Shown here: one piece after another, positions 47,063 to 60,601 of the stretch
Layout of the letters: every line of letters starts with the position of its first letter
Numbering within the stretch: position 1 is the stretch's first letter
NCBI RefSeq assembly: GCF_963506605.1
Contig: NC_083277.1
Location: 9,672,001 to 9,736,000, forward strand
DNA length: 64,000 nt
From: Zootoca vivipara
Lineage: Eukaryota
Reading direction: 5' to 3'
Notes under the pieces: generated by a model
Seen by the model: the letters and a program-made list of their open reading frames with translations, nothing else
Told to the model about the DNA's origin: nothing
Databases searched by the model: none
Program-made: the position numbers and the translations under genes

Positions 47063-47690
47063 CTGAAGGAAAGAGAGATTCAACTGTGAGTCGACACCCT
47101 ACATCCAGAGAGACAGATACTGAATACGTCCCATACATTTAAAGCACATTTTCATCCCCAAAAAATCCTGGGAACTTCCGTTTGCTTCTCACAGAGCTAC
47201 AATTCCTAGCAGCCTCAATGAATTACAGTTCCTGGGATTCTTTGGGGTATGGAGGAGGCTGTGCTTTAAATGACGTGCACATAGCCTTGGCCTAGCGACC
47301 ATGAAGCCTGAGGCAAGGCGAGACAGTCAAGCTACTCTGAAGGGACTATTGCTGAGTGGTATTTATTATTTATTTGTTTTTAAGTACTTTTTATACCAGC
47401 TTTTATACCACTGTCATGGAGGTTCACAATGCTATGAAGTATTAGTATACATTATATCCACACTAAGGGAGCTGCAATGACTGTCCATCAGCTACCAGGC
47501 CACATTCAAAGTCTTTTGTGACACACACATAAAAGCCCTGAATAATTTGGAGGCCGGGTTACCTGAAAGACCCCCCCACCCCTGAAGAGACCCTGTAATA
47601 ACACATCAACGACCTGAGGAAAATTTTATTCGTGACACTGCACCCTACAGAGTATCACAAGGCAGAGCTATTTCTATATCTATTTGATAG

Positions 47691-47694
<4 letters not shown>

Positions 47695-47765
<71 letters not shown>
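47695..47765. repeat. Compound (TG)n(AG)n microsatellite
   Basis: Read directly from the sequence. Confidence 0.95.
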
Positions 47766-47768
<3 letters not shown>

Positions 47769-48410
47769 AGCAAGGGAGGTTTCTAGCTAGAAGTAACTGA
47801 AAGTGAGATTGCAGCCTTGGAGCATGATTCTGCCACAGCTTTTCCTCTTGGAAGTTCCTTGTAGGCATAACCCTTTAGTAAGATTCTGCTTGTATATCTT
47901 TAAATAAAGCCAATGGTACTAAGACGCCTAAAGGCTAAAGACACACCATACATTTAAATCACACGGAATCCCAGAAACTGTAGTTTCCCCATCACAGAGC
48001 TACAATTCCCAGCACCCTTCACAAGCAACAATTCCCAGACTTCTTTGGAGGGAGTCGTGTGCTTTAAAGGTGCTTTAAATGTGTGGTGTGTGTGCAGCCT
48101 GTCTTCGGGGCTCTCAAAGGGGCATTTATTGCATATGGCTGTGTATACACTAAATATTTAGTGCACAGGAGAGACACATTCTTTCCTTCAAAAGAATTCT
48201 GGGCATTGCAGTTTCCACCCCACAGAGTTACAATTATCAGCAACCCTTAACAAACTTCAGTGCCCAGAATTCATTAAGGGAAAGACTGTGCTTTAAAGGT
48301 GTAGCGTTCACACAGCCCTAGTCTCTTGAGTAGCATCTCTTAACAGCTATAAATACTGTGGCATCAGAAAATATTTGAGAAATAGCTGTGAGTTCTTCCC
48401 GTTCCCTTAC

Positions 48411-48552
48411 CTGCACAGACTGCAGTTTGGTCAGGGGACATGAGATCGTCCTCACAGCAAGAGTCTGTCCACTCACCAGCCTCAGACCTCAAGGAAACCT
48501 GGCTCCTTTTTCATGGTTCTCCATTTTAACCTCTTTCATGTTGGGTCTTAAC
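48411..48552 (-). other. Probable upstream exon of gene 5 (may add MSPDQTAVCAD from ATG 48441)
   Basis: Acceptor cagcag| before 48552, strong donor CAG|GTAAGG after 48411; phase 1 matches the main exon. Confidence 0.5.
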
Positions 48553-48646
48553 CTGCTGAGTTGAAGAATTTATTTATTTTATTTTTTTGCTTTATTAAAT
48601 TTATACCCCTCTTCCCAAAGGAGCCCAGGGCAGCAAACAACAAGTG

Positions 48647-48694
<48 letters not shown>

Positions 48695-49920
48695 AAAAAA
48701 ATCCAATCCTGTGGCAGACTGGGAAAGATATTCAGTAGGTGCTGAAAAGACAACAGAGGCAACACCTTTATAATAATCAACAAGAGGGCATTCCAAACAG
48801 CAGGCGCCACAACACTCAAGGCCCAATTCCTTCATTATTCCTCCTCTTTTATTGCTGCATTTATATCCCACCTTTCCCCAAGAAGTTCAAGGGGATGTGA
48901 CCTGTGAGATAATTTAGGCTGAGAGATTGTGACTGAGCCCAAGCTCACCCAGTGAGTATCATGGCTGAGTGGTCCCCAAGGTCTTAGTCCAGCTCTCCAG
49001 TGTGGTATACGTAGTAGTTAAGAGAGGTAGACTCGTAATCTGGTGAACTGTTCCAATTATCTTTTGAGGGACGCCATGACTGTGGCATCCTACCGATATA
49101 AATATAGTGCAGATGAGGCTTGAGTGACCTTCATTCGGTCATGGTCTCTCATTCTGGGGTTCCTCTAAGGGTTGTTGTGAGGATAAAACGGGGGGGGGGG
49201 CTATTGGGTTGTTGTTTTCATTTTTATTATGTATTTTGTGGTTTTATATCTTGATTTTATTCTGTGAACTGCCCTGAGACCCCCGGGTATAGGGCGGTAT
49301 ATAAATTCAATAAATAAATAAAAATAAATGAACACTCCACCACAGGCCAAATATAAATGAGGGAGGAAATACAATCCAAAATTTGCCCCCTCCCTCTAAA
49401 TGTAAGCATCTTAGCAGGGAAATCCTAGATAACGGTAAACAGAGAAAGTTTTTGTAATAGCTAAAGATATTATGTCATGAAAAGGTTTGAGTAAAAACAC
49501 TGTGGAGGTGGGGGTGGGAAGTCAATTTTTGAAACAATGTAATTATTGCTATGAATATTATTGTGAAAATGTTTGATTTTGTTAATATATTGCAAAAAGA
49601 AAAAAACCCAAAACAAAACAGGGCAGTCCACGCAGAAGGAAGCCCCATTGAGTTCAGCTGCATCTACTCCTGGACTTTCAAACAATGGATATCAAGACCC
49701 TGGGTTTCTTTTCTTTTCTTTTTAAACTGCCTGGGAACCGAAGTAAATGCAATGTACTCACTCGGCAGGACTTGGAATGCAGAAGAATAGGAAGGAGGAA
49801 ACCCCACTGCCAACGCCTGTGTTCCGGAAGATCACCCACCTTCACTCCCTAGGTTTGTCCCCTCTGGGCACCCTTCCCTTCCCCTCTTGCTCTGCTTTCC
49901 CTAAATAGACTCCTGCTGTG

Positions 49921-50043
49921 CAACTCACCTCCTCCTGCAGCTGTTCAAAATTTGCCTGGACCAAGGAGGCGGGGCCAGGAAGAGGCTCTTTTCCCATCCA
50001 GCATTCCAAAGCCTTTCTAGGAACAAGCCTCTGTCACTTTAAC
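49921..50043 (-). promoter_or_regulatory. Putative promoter and exon 1 of gene 5
   Basis: Donor GAG|GTGAGT at 49923-49928, GC box, shared motif CTAGGAA-N14-TTTAAC at 50017-50043. Confidence 0.6.
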
Positions 50044-51678
50044 TCTTTTCAGGGTCTCAAAGGTCCCCATCTGCACTATCTATTTAAAGCAGCATTATTC
50101 CACTTTTAATCAGTTACGGCTTCCCCCAAACAATCCAAGTTTTTGTTAAGGGTGCTGAGAGACCCCTATACCTCTCACTGAGCTATCACAGTGGGATTTG
50201 GTTTAGGAGTTTTTGTTGGCGGTCAAGATTTAATTTAGGAGATTATTTTTATTTTTGCTGTGCTTGGTATTTTTATTGCTTTGTGTTTCTTTTGTTATAC
50301 CTAATTTGGAATTACACAAGGATTCATTTTATTGTACATTTCTTGATACACTTCATTTAATACTTACGGCTTCTTAAATTTTGTTATGTTTTTTGTGAGA
50401 GTGAATTGCGTTATTTTTTTCCCTGACGTTGCAAACTATCGAGAGGAAAATTGAGCATTTTTTTGATGTTGCAGGGAAGGTGGCATATACAAATAAAGAA
50501 TTAAGTACGACAAATGGCAACTGCTAAAATTATTCCGCGTCATAGTCTTCTTCTTCACCCCACTCCCAAAAGGCAGGAGTATACAGAGGAGGCATTCCGG
50601 AGAAGGTGACTCAAGATGAATGAAGATGATGAAATGGAGATTAGAATAGCTCAATGAAAATGTTGTCAACCCAGTGTATGGCTGATTTCCATGTTAGGGA
50701 TCATTAGGAAAGATTTTGAAAATAAAGCATCACAACGCCGTCATACAAATCTGTGGTGTGGCTGCATTTGGAGTACTGTGTACAGTTCTTGTTGCCTCAC
50801 CCCAAAAAAAGGCTATAGCAGAGGTGGAAGAGGTTTAGAAAATGACAATCAAAAGGGTCAAGAGGCCAGAGGAAAAACTGCAAGGATTTCTGCTTCTTTG
50901 TTTAGAGAAAAGGCATGGTGTGAAGAAATTTGGCTAGGGATAATATTTCTCCCTCTCCCACAACACTGAAAAGTAGGGGCATCCAATAAAGCAGAAGGGA
51001 AGGCAATTCCAGACAAAGGGAAACACTTCTTCACAAAGTGCATAGTTAAACTAAGGAACTCACTGCCCCAGGAGGCAGTGATGGAGGCCAAGCCCTTTTC
51101 CTAGACAGGTCACCCAAACCTTCCCCACTCTGTCAATTTCTGATGGAACCAGCCCTGACCCAGCTGTTAAAACATTTCAAGACAAGGGATGACAATATAG
51201 GATAGATCCACTCACAAAAACATCTGGCACATTATTACAGAAATAAGCCATACAGAAGCTTTTTTTAAAAAAAATGATTGAAACATGTCTGCATGTACTT
51301 TATTAAAGGGTTTTAATTAATACTGTTTGGCTGCAATCCTCTACCCACTTCCTTGAACGTAAGCCCCATTGTGCCCAGTGAGGCTCACTTCTCAGTAGAC
51401 ATGCCTAGGACAGCAGTTTCAATGAGTATATATTATTTGCTTTATCAAGGATCAGGAACCCACCAGATATTGATAGACATCTACAGTTTCCATCATCTCT
51501 GGCTAATGGATGAGGCAGATGGGAGTTGGAGGTCAACCATATCTGGAGGGCTATAGGTTCCCAATCCCTGCACCACATAAACCACCAACAGAACTCCATT
51601 AGGACTCAAAGATGGGATGCCAATTATGTTACTTGATTTTATCATTAACCAAGGAAATATATGCATACACATGTTTAT

Positions 51679-52003
51679 CATACCTGCCAAGTTCCTTCTT
51701 GAAAAATAAGGGACCGGACCGGAAGTAGCAGACCGGAAGTAGCGCTGCCGCCATTTTGGAACTGGGCGGAGCATGCTCAGAAGTGACTTTTGATGCTGCT
51801 TTGCCCAGTTCCAAAATGGCCGCCACACCAGAAGTCACGCTGCAGCCATTTTGGAACTGGGCAGAGCAGCATCAAAAGTCGCTTCTGAGCATGCTCCGCC
51901 CAGTTCCAAAATGGCTGCCGCGCCAGAATAAACCGGGGAAAAACAAAAAAATCCGTTTTTTCGGCTGGGAACAGCTGGAAATACGGGAGACTTGGCAGCT
52001 ATG
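51679..52003. mobile_element. hAT non-autonomous element (family of 44802-45139); 90-bp relative at 52145-52234
   Basis: TSDs ATGTTTAT and TTCCAACA respectively. Confidence 0.88.
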
Positions 52004-52032
52004 ATGTTTATACGCCTGTGTACATGGAGCAC

Positions 52033-52081
<49 letters not shown>

Positions 52082-52310
52082 TTTATTATTTGTACATCGC
52101 CCATCTGACTCAGTTGCCCGATCCACTCTGGGCAGTTTCCAACACATAGCTGCCAAGTTTTCCCTTTTCTCGCAAGGAAGCCTATTCAGCATAATGGAAT
52201 TTCCCTTAAAAAAAGGGAGAACTTGGCAGCTATGTTCCAACAGAACAGAAAAACACAGTAAAAACATCCCTATATAAGGCTGTCTTCAGGTGCCTTCTGA
52301 ATGTCATATA

Positions 52311-52984
52311 CCGTGTTTCCCCTTTTTTAAGACACCGTCTTATAACTTTTTTTACTCAAAAAAACACACGGTGTCTTATTTTCAGGGGATGTCTTGTACC
52401 TTAAGGCCTCCTCGGAGGGGCCAGGCCACTGGCTCGGGGTGCTGCTGGGCGCTCTGCACGGCACCGAGGCGGCAGGCTGCTGGCTCGGCGCTCCGCCCAG
52501 CGCTGCTGGGCGCTCCGGGCACTCGGCGCTGCAGACCGCCGGTTCCGGCGGCAGGGGGCAGGCCTCGGGCAGCTCTCCCCCCAAAAGAAGAGGCCAGGCG
52601 CTGCAGGGCGCTCCGAGCGCTCGGCGCTTCGGAGCGCTCTGCTCTGCAGCCGCCGGGTCCGTCGGCGGGGCGGCAGGCCTCGGGCAGCTCCCCCCCCCCC
52701 GCAAAAGAAGAAGCCAGGCGCTGCAGGGCGCTCCGAGCGCTCGCTGCTTCGGAGCGCTCCGCTCTGCAGCTGCCGGTTCCGGTGGTGGGGCGGCAGGCCT
52801 CGGGCAGCCCAAAAAAAAGAAAAGAAGAGGCCAGGCGCTGCAGGCCCCTCTGGCTGGCTGGGGCGCTCGGCGGTCTCGCATGGAGGTATGTCTTATTTTC
52901 GGGGGGTGTCTTAGATTTCACTAATGCTAAAAAATGCTGCCATGGCTTACTTTCTGACTACGTCTTAAAAAAGGGGAAACACGG
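52311..52984. mobile_element. Young Tc1/mariner-pogo-type non-autonomous element with GC-rich ~120-bp tandem repeats
   Basis: Perfect 23-bp TIRs CCGTGTTTCCCCTTTTTTAAGAC, TA flanks. Confidence 0.88.
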
Positions 52985-53002
52985 TAGCTGTTTATTTCAT
53001 TG

Positions 53003-53720
53003 ACATCTGATGGGAGGGCATTCCACAGTCACTACAAAAAAGGCCCTTTGCCTGGTTCCCTGTAACTTTATTTCTCACAGAGAGGGAACCACCAGACAAC
53101 CCTCCGTGCTGGACCTCAGTTTCCAGGCTGGATGATGGAGATGGAATGTTCCTTTGGGTATACAGGGCAGAAGCTGCTTAGGACTTTAAAGGTCAACACC
53201 AACACTTTAACTTGTGCTCGAAAACATACTGGGAGCCCACGTAGATCCTTTAGAACCAGTGCTCTATGGTCCCGGTGGCTGCTCCCAGTCGCCAGTCTAG
53301 CTGCCACATTCTGGATTACCTGTAGTTTCTGAGTCACCTTCAAAGGTAGCCCCTCGTACAGCACATTGCAGTAGTCCAAGCGGAAGACAAGCACATGCCA
53401 CTTTGGCGAGACAGTTGTCAGGCAGGTAGGGTCTCAGCCGGGGTACCAGATGAAGCTGGTAGACAGCTGCCGTGGACACAGAATTACAGTAACGTGTGCC
53501 TCCATGGCAGTTGTGAGACCAAATGACCCCCAGGCTGTGCACCTGGTCCTTAAGGGGCAGAGTTACCCCATTAAGGACCAGGGAGTCTGTCACATCTGCC
53601 TGCTCCCTGCCCCCCAGAAACAGTACTTCTATCTTGTTGGGATTCAACCTCAACCCATCAACCGCCATCTCTCCTCCAGATACTCACGCAGGGCATTCAC
53701 CACCCTCACTGGTTTCACAC
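53003..53720 (-). mobile_element. L2-clade LINE ORF2 fragment
   Basis: LRLNPNKIEVL, RLDYCNVLYEGLP...KLQVIQNVAARL, FRAQVKVLVLTFK. Confidence 0.8.
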
Positions 53721-53801
53721 TTCCTAACATTTGGCCTTCTTGAGTCTAAGCATCTCCTACAGTGTAATTTCTCTAATATGCAGTAAAAGTCCATGAACGT
53801 T

Positions 53802-56275
53802 TCAACAAAGTATCTTCTCCCAATAGGAGGATTCCTCCAAGGCTGTCTCTGAGTGGATTCTTCTGTGCTTAATAAGAACAAGAAGATCAGTGAAACTTTC
53901 CCCACATTCTGGGCATTCCTGCGGTTTCTCCCCTGCATGCATTTCCATATGCTCGACAAGATTATTTTTGTGAGGGAAACTTTTCCCACAGTCTGGGCAT
54001 TTGTGGAGCTTCTCTGACGTGTGGTTTCTCGCATGTACCACAAGGTTTCTCTTGTGAGTGAAACTCTGCCCGCATTCCAAGCATTTATACGGTTTCTCTC
54101 CTGAGTGGATTTGCTGGTGCTGAACGAGGTGATAACTTATCCCAAAACGTTTCCCACAGTCTGAGCAGTTATATGGTTTTTCTTCTTGGTGGCTTGCAGT
54201 GTGTTTGACAAGGTTCCTTTTGTGAGTAAAGCACTGTCCGCAGTCTGGGCACTGATAGGGTTTCTCCCCTGTGTGGATTTGCTGGTGTCTAATCAGGCAA
54301 GAGCTCAGACTAAAACATTTCCCACAAATAGTGCATTTGTACGGCTTCTCCCCCGTGTGGGTCCTCTTGTGGGCAACCAGGCCTCCCCTCTGGGCGAAGC
54401 TTTTCCCACAATCGGAGCACTTGTACGGCTTCTCCCCCGTGTGCATTCTCCGATGTTTGGTAAGTTCAGAGTTTGTGTTGAAGGTTTTACCACAGTCTGC
54501 GCATTTAAATCTCTTTTCTCCAGTGTGAGTTCTCCTATGCACAATGAGGTTCTGTTTGTAATTGTAACTCCTGCCGCAGTGCAAGCATTCGTATGGCTTT
54601 TCCTGAATGTGCAGTTCTGTCCCAGAATGGATTACCAGGTGTTTGAGCAGGCCGTCTTTCCGACTAAAGCTTTTATCGCAATCTGAGCATTTATACGGTT
54701 TCTCTCCTGTGTGAGTTCTCTGGTGTCTAAGGAGATCAGAGTTCATAATGAAGGATTTCCCACAAATGGAGCATTCATACGGCTTCTTCCCGGAATGGAA
54801 GTGCATGTGGGCAAGGAGGCTCCCTTTCCGGCTGAAGCTTTTACCGCAGTCTGAGCAATCATAGGGCATCTCCCCAGTGTGAAGCCTCTGATGCTCTATG
54901 AGCTTAGATTTTGCACGGAAGGATTTCCCACAATCCAAGCATTTATACGGCTTCTCTTCCACGTGGGTCCTCTGATGAAGAATAAGGTTCCCTTTCTGGG
55001 CAAAGCTTTGCCGACAGTCTGGACATTTGTAGGGCTTCTCCCCAGTGTGGATTCTCAGGTGTGACACGAGGTGGGCTTCCTGACTAAAGGTTTTGCCACA
55101 GTCCCAGCAGTCGAATGGTTTGTTTCCTGGGTGAGTTCTCTGATGCCTGTACATTTCAGAGTGTGTCCTGAAGAATTTCCCACACTCTGGGCATTTGAAT
55201 GGCTTTTCTCCTGTGTGTATTCTGTGATGTCTAATAAGGTCTGCATTCACACTGAAGGACTTCTCGCAATCCAAGCACTTGTATGGTTTCTCCCCAGTAT
55301 GGCTTCTCTCATGAACCACAAGGTTTCCCTTCTGAGCAAAGCTTTTCCCACAGTCCAAACACTTAAAAGGTTTCTCCCCAGTATGGATTCTCACATGCGT
55401 CACTAGCTTAAATTTCTTATCAAAAGTCTTGCCACAGTCTGGGCATTTATGTGGTTTCCCTCCCGTGTGGGTTCTGTGATGTTTACGAAAGTCAGAGTTC
55501 CGAGTGAAGGATCTCCCACAGTCTAAACATTTATATGGTTCCTCCCCTGTCTGGGGTTGGGGACATCCAAGTACAGTGTTGTGGGGGCAGGATTTATTGC
55601 ATTCTGAGCACATAAACATTTTGTCTTCTGTGTAGATTCTCTCATTAACAGAGAGGTCTCCGTTCTGAGAGAAGCTCTTCCCACAGATGGTGCATCTAAG
55701 TGGGTTTCCCCCTGTGTGCACCTTCATATGCACAAGCAACTGGTTTTTTGTTTCACAGCTCTTCCCACAGTCCGAGCATTGAAACGTTTTGCATCCTGTG
55801 TGGGTTCCATAATGCTTGATAAAGCCAGCATCCATACCAAAGGAGTCCCCAAAGTCCAAAGATGTGTATATTTTCTCCTTTGCAGTATGATCCCATTGAT
55901 TTTCAGAGGTCATACAGGAGGAGTTTCCATCGTCTGAGCATCCATACAATGTCACTGCCGTAAAGTTCCTCCCACAAGTAATGAGGTCTGCATTCTTCTC
56001 TTCTTCTAAAATTACTAGTCCCTTGTCTTTTTCCATCTCTCCCTGGGCCGGGATTTCGCTTTGGTCCTTGAAGCTTTCCTCACCCAGGGTGGACTCATCC
56101 ATTCCCAACCCCAAGGTCTTCCCCTGTTGTCTCAACAATCCATGTTGCTGTTCAGCGGCTTCTGCCTTGGCATGGCACTGAGATAAGGTCTCTTCCAGTG
56201 GCTTCACCAATATCTCAATCTGTTTCTGTTGTTCAGACATTTCTACCTTGAGATTATTCTTCACGTCTCCATTAT
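53802..56275 (-). CDS. Gene 6: 21 intact and ~4 degenerate C2H2 fingers, no SCAN or KRAB
   Basis: Acceptor ccttccatcag| before 56275; first ATG at 56240; intact ORF. Confidence 0.92.
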
Positions 56276-57620
56276 CTGATGGAAGGAAGAGAGAAGACAG
56301 TGTGAATCATGCCTGAAACATGATGACTGATGATAATGTTAACTGAGCTACAAAATAAATCATGTAACAAATCAAATATGAGACTCTGTCCCCTGCTCAC
56401 TTAACTTGTCCACCAACCATCCTCACCAAAGCCACTCTCTTCTTTCACTCCTCACCAAAGCAACACATTAATATAATATAATATAATATAATATAATATA
56501 ATAATAGTATATTGTACAAAAAATATAAAGTAAGCACAAGAGTCACAATCATAATAAAAAAGAAAGGAACTCCTATCATTATAGCTCTTTGGTTACTACA
56601 ATGCACAATCCTGATTATAAGGTTAGTAATTAGACTCCTATTTTGCTCTTGATTTTATAAGTTCCAAGTTTTTACAGCTGCCAAATATGGAGAGATTCCT
56701 GCACATTAGTCTGGTTTGTGTGTGAAATAAAAAGGTGCCACATTCTGTAAAAACCACTTATTTAGCTCTCTCTAATCTCCTCTTGTTCAATGGGATTCAC
56801 ATCTGAATAGACATACATAGGATTGTGGCACATACTCCCAAGTTAGTCTGTACATAATGCGGTCATAGCCAGGCTTATGTCAAAACATGCTGGGAAGAGA
56901 AATTCTTCATATTTAATCCTCCTCATTATCAGTGATATATAATGTCAGTCATACTCTGTATAAAGCCATTAGAATCAATGCCCTAAATAAATCGTTTTCA
57001 ACTCTAACTAACGTTACCTATCAGTCACCCATGTATAAGTATTCTGGATTACGATGTTTTGATGCTGTTTTTCAATGCTGTGCAAAAAAGAAAGAAAGAT
57101 AAATCTAATGACCTTAAATAGTTCAAACCCCAATTGTCCTTTCTCTGACTTCCTACCCCCCCCCCAAAAAAAGCCCAAGACTGCTGAAATTCCTTGTATT
57201 AAAGATGCCATAACCCAAACCCTGTTCTCCTTGGCATGTGGCCACCCTGATTGAAGGGTGCCAATAAACTGTAGTGATCTCATTCACTAGAGAGCTCAGT
57301 TGGTTAGAGCATGGTGCTGATGACACCAAGGTTGCAGGTTCCATCCCCACAAGGGACAGCTGCATATGCCTGCATTGCAGGGGGCTGGACTAGATGATCC
57401 TCAAGGGTCCCTTCCAACTCTGCAAATTCTATGGTTATACCATATCTGTGTTTACTTGGAAGTCAAGCCCCCACCGAGTTGTGGGCTTGATCCTGAATAA
57501 ATACGCGCGAGATTGCAAGCTTATGCACCTTCACATGGAAATGCACCCTACTTAGTTCATGTGGGCTTACTTCTGAGTAGAATACGCAGGGGATTGTTCC
57601 CTCCCACCGAAAACCATAGG

Positions 57621-57948
57621 CATACCTGCTTTGACATGAAGCCCGCTGGGTTCAGGTGGGATTACTCTTGGATAAAATGCGCAGCGGCTTGTTCTGCCTG
57701 ACCCCCCAACCCCTGCACACGTGCCCAGTCGCGTGCGCAAGCGGCATTATCCAGCCGTGTACTTAAAGGCAACGCAGCTCAGCTACGGGAGATCCGCAAA
57801 CACCTTTGGGCTCCTCCGACTTGCTTCTCCCGCAGCCACGGGGTGTAAAAGGGACGAACGCAGACAAAAGGAGCTTCCCCTTTAAACAGCAGAGGAGGAC
57901 GAGAAAGAGACCAGGCCGCTCTAGGAACCGGCGCTCGGTCGATTTAAC
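57621..57948 (-). promoter_or_regulatory. Putative CpG-rich promoter and exon 1 of gene 6
   Basis: CpG enrichment at 57680-57990, candidate donor CAG|GTATGC at ~57621, shared motif CTAGGAA-N15-TTTAAC at 57921-57948. Confidence 0.55.
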
Positions 57949-60601
57949 TCATAGGAGGCGGGTTCAGTTCAGTTCTGCGTGTGGCTCCGTGACTGCCTGA
58001 GCTGAGCTGAATTTTAAAGCTGGGGTTTCTCGTTTTCTCGTCTGTTTATTATTCTGTGACTGTAGCTGCCCTTCAATTTTTGTATGGCTTCTAAGCTGGG
58101 TCACAGTTGCGTGAATTGTTATTTAAAAAGTTAATAAAAACAGAATTGTAGAGTCGGGAGGGAGTCCGAGGGTCATCTAGTCCAACCCCCTGCAATGCAG
58201 GAGTCTCAGCTAAAGCATCCATGGCAGATGGCCAGCCTTTTTTTAAAAAAACAACCCTCTTCCCAACAGAACTAGAAGAAAAGTCTCCTTCAGATTTCCC
58301 ACCATTCCCTGATTATTTACAAGCCAGATGGACAATAAAGACTTGTTTGTTTCAAGCTGCGTTTCTTAATAAGTGCCGTATTTTTATTATTAGCAATTAA
58401 GAGAATTGCAGCTTATATTTCATAAATAAATAAATGTATTTCTAAATACAACTAGCCGTAGTGTCCATTCTACCTTTTTCTGTGTTTATAGTGTGCCCCT
58501 TCGCCCTGGAATCAGTTCACACAAAGGGTGAGCTATAAATATTCTTAATAATAAACAAATCACTACTGAGGTGCCCTCACAATTGTGAAGACCGAAGGTT
58601 GGGTGGTTTCTTTCACTTGAAGGATTTTTATCCAGACTCTCAACCGTTACCAAGACATTTGAAAGGGACCACAGGACTTAGACATAATGTGGTTGAGTTG
58701 GTGTCAAGCAGGTTTCTTTATTAGACAGGAGCATATTAAGCAGCAAGCCCTACAAGATCTCACACCACTTGAGCTGTTGTTTCTTATCTCTGAGGGCTCG
58801 GTGTCTTGTATTTATATTTTACTTCTTAGTGCTGACATGGGCTCTGCAGAGGGCCTGAAACAAATGTGGAAGTCAGGTTGGAATATTTTGATTGAAGAAA
58901 AATTGCTGGAATTCTACACGGTTAAAGTTCCAATTTAAATCAGTATCATCTACTATGAGGGAACAAGCATTAAAAATAGCATAAAGATTATATGAGACCC
59001 CTAAGATTGTCTTCCAAAAACACGGTTTTAACAATGAATCCATAGGTGACTGTGGAGGCCAATTCTGGATCCACACGTCCTTCCACAGTGGGGACATTGG
59101 TTTCCAGGTGGGAGTTAATTACGGTGTGGATTTGCCAAGCGTGCCTTCCTCTTAGCACGTTTCTCCCTTGCGTCCTGAGTTCGAGTGTCTTCAAAGCCCA
59201 TGACACCTTTGGTAAAGGCTGTTCTCCAACTGGAGCGCTCGCAGGCCAGTATTTCCCAGTTGTCAGTGTTTATACTACATTGTTTTAGATTTTATGTAGG
59301 AGATGTAAGGAAACAGGTTCATTCCAATTCATGTGGTGGATTGTGGAAAAGTGTCCCAGTTATGGACTCTGGTCTTTGCAGGAATTACTAAAATGACTAG
59401 ACAGCAATTACTGAAACCTCCAGAATTAGCCCTGCAAACCCTTTCTTGAAACAACGGGTTGTCATTTCAAACCTCTAATTTGTTATATTCTTGCAGCTAG
59501 TTGTTGGTCAATATTGGAAGGACCTATGAGGCTGTCTGGGGCAAGCCACTGTCCACCTACCCTACAACTGAGGTCATACAGGTAAGGGTGGGGCTTGACC
59601 CAAACCTGCCTGGTGAAGCCCCCAAAGCCCCCAAGGACCAGCTGGTGGAGCATTTGAAGTGTTGTGCAAAGCAGAAACCCAGCAATATACAAGATGGTTT
59701 TCCCCTCTTACAGCTGATGCAAAGGGAGAAGGATGTTGCTCAATGGTGGGCTTGGGTGCATTAGAGAGCTCCCTGCAGGGAGAATCTATACACTGGTAGA
59801 ATACCTAATATTTGATTTGCAATGTCTCATTCACATGCTTGCCCTCGGATGTTGCAGTCAGCAAGGGACTCCATGTGCCCATGTGAATATATGAGCATAC
59901 AATCAACTTTTTATTGTGTTAGTATTTGGAAGATCTGGCGGGCTTCATTAGGCATTAATCTAACCAGGGTTTACTTTCTGATACAATGTAGTCTATGGTT
60001 CATAGAGTCACATTTCCTGCTCTGACCTCACTCTTGCACTACAGCTACTAGCTGCAGTTGGACAAACATTTACCATATATTCCGGCGTATAAGACGACCC
60101 CCAACTTTTCCAGTTAAAATATATACTCTCTGTATAAGTAATACGACCCGGCGTATAAGACGGCCCCCAACTTTTGAGAAGATTTTCCTGGGTTAAAAAG
60201 TAGTCTTATACGCAGGAATATACAGTATGTGCTTTCTGAAATTGAATGGAGCATTTGGGGAAATTGACTGTTTGTAAAATTGACTGGGCCATTTTGGCCA
60301 AACAATTTAACATCCTTTGCATCCTGTGGGAGGTTCAGAGAGCAGCTGCATTTAGGATGAGAGCAAGCAGCAGTTGGGGGTGGGCTAAAACATTTAACCT
60401 GTTCATTGTTTCAGGGCTGGAACACAAATAAGTTTCTGCAGCAAGGCTCCATCCTCAAATCTGCATAGCTATGGCACTGCTGATGAAATAGGGATAATAC
60501 CACGGCAGCAATAAGGCAGAAATCACAGCAAATAATAAAAAAACGCCCATTAAATATTCACAGGAATTTATTATAATTCATATAGCCAAAGGGGTAACAT
60601 G

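Noticed and set aside
52290-53003. Overlapping 176-237-aa ORFs on both strands
   Set aside because: GC-rich tandem repeat inside a TIR element; stop-poor by composition.
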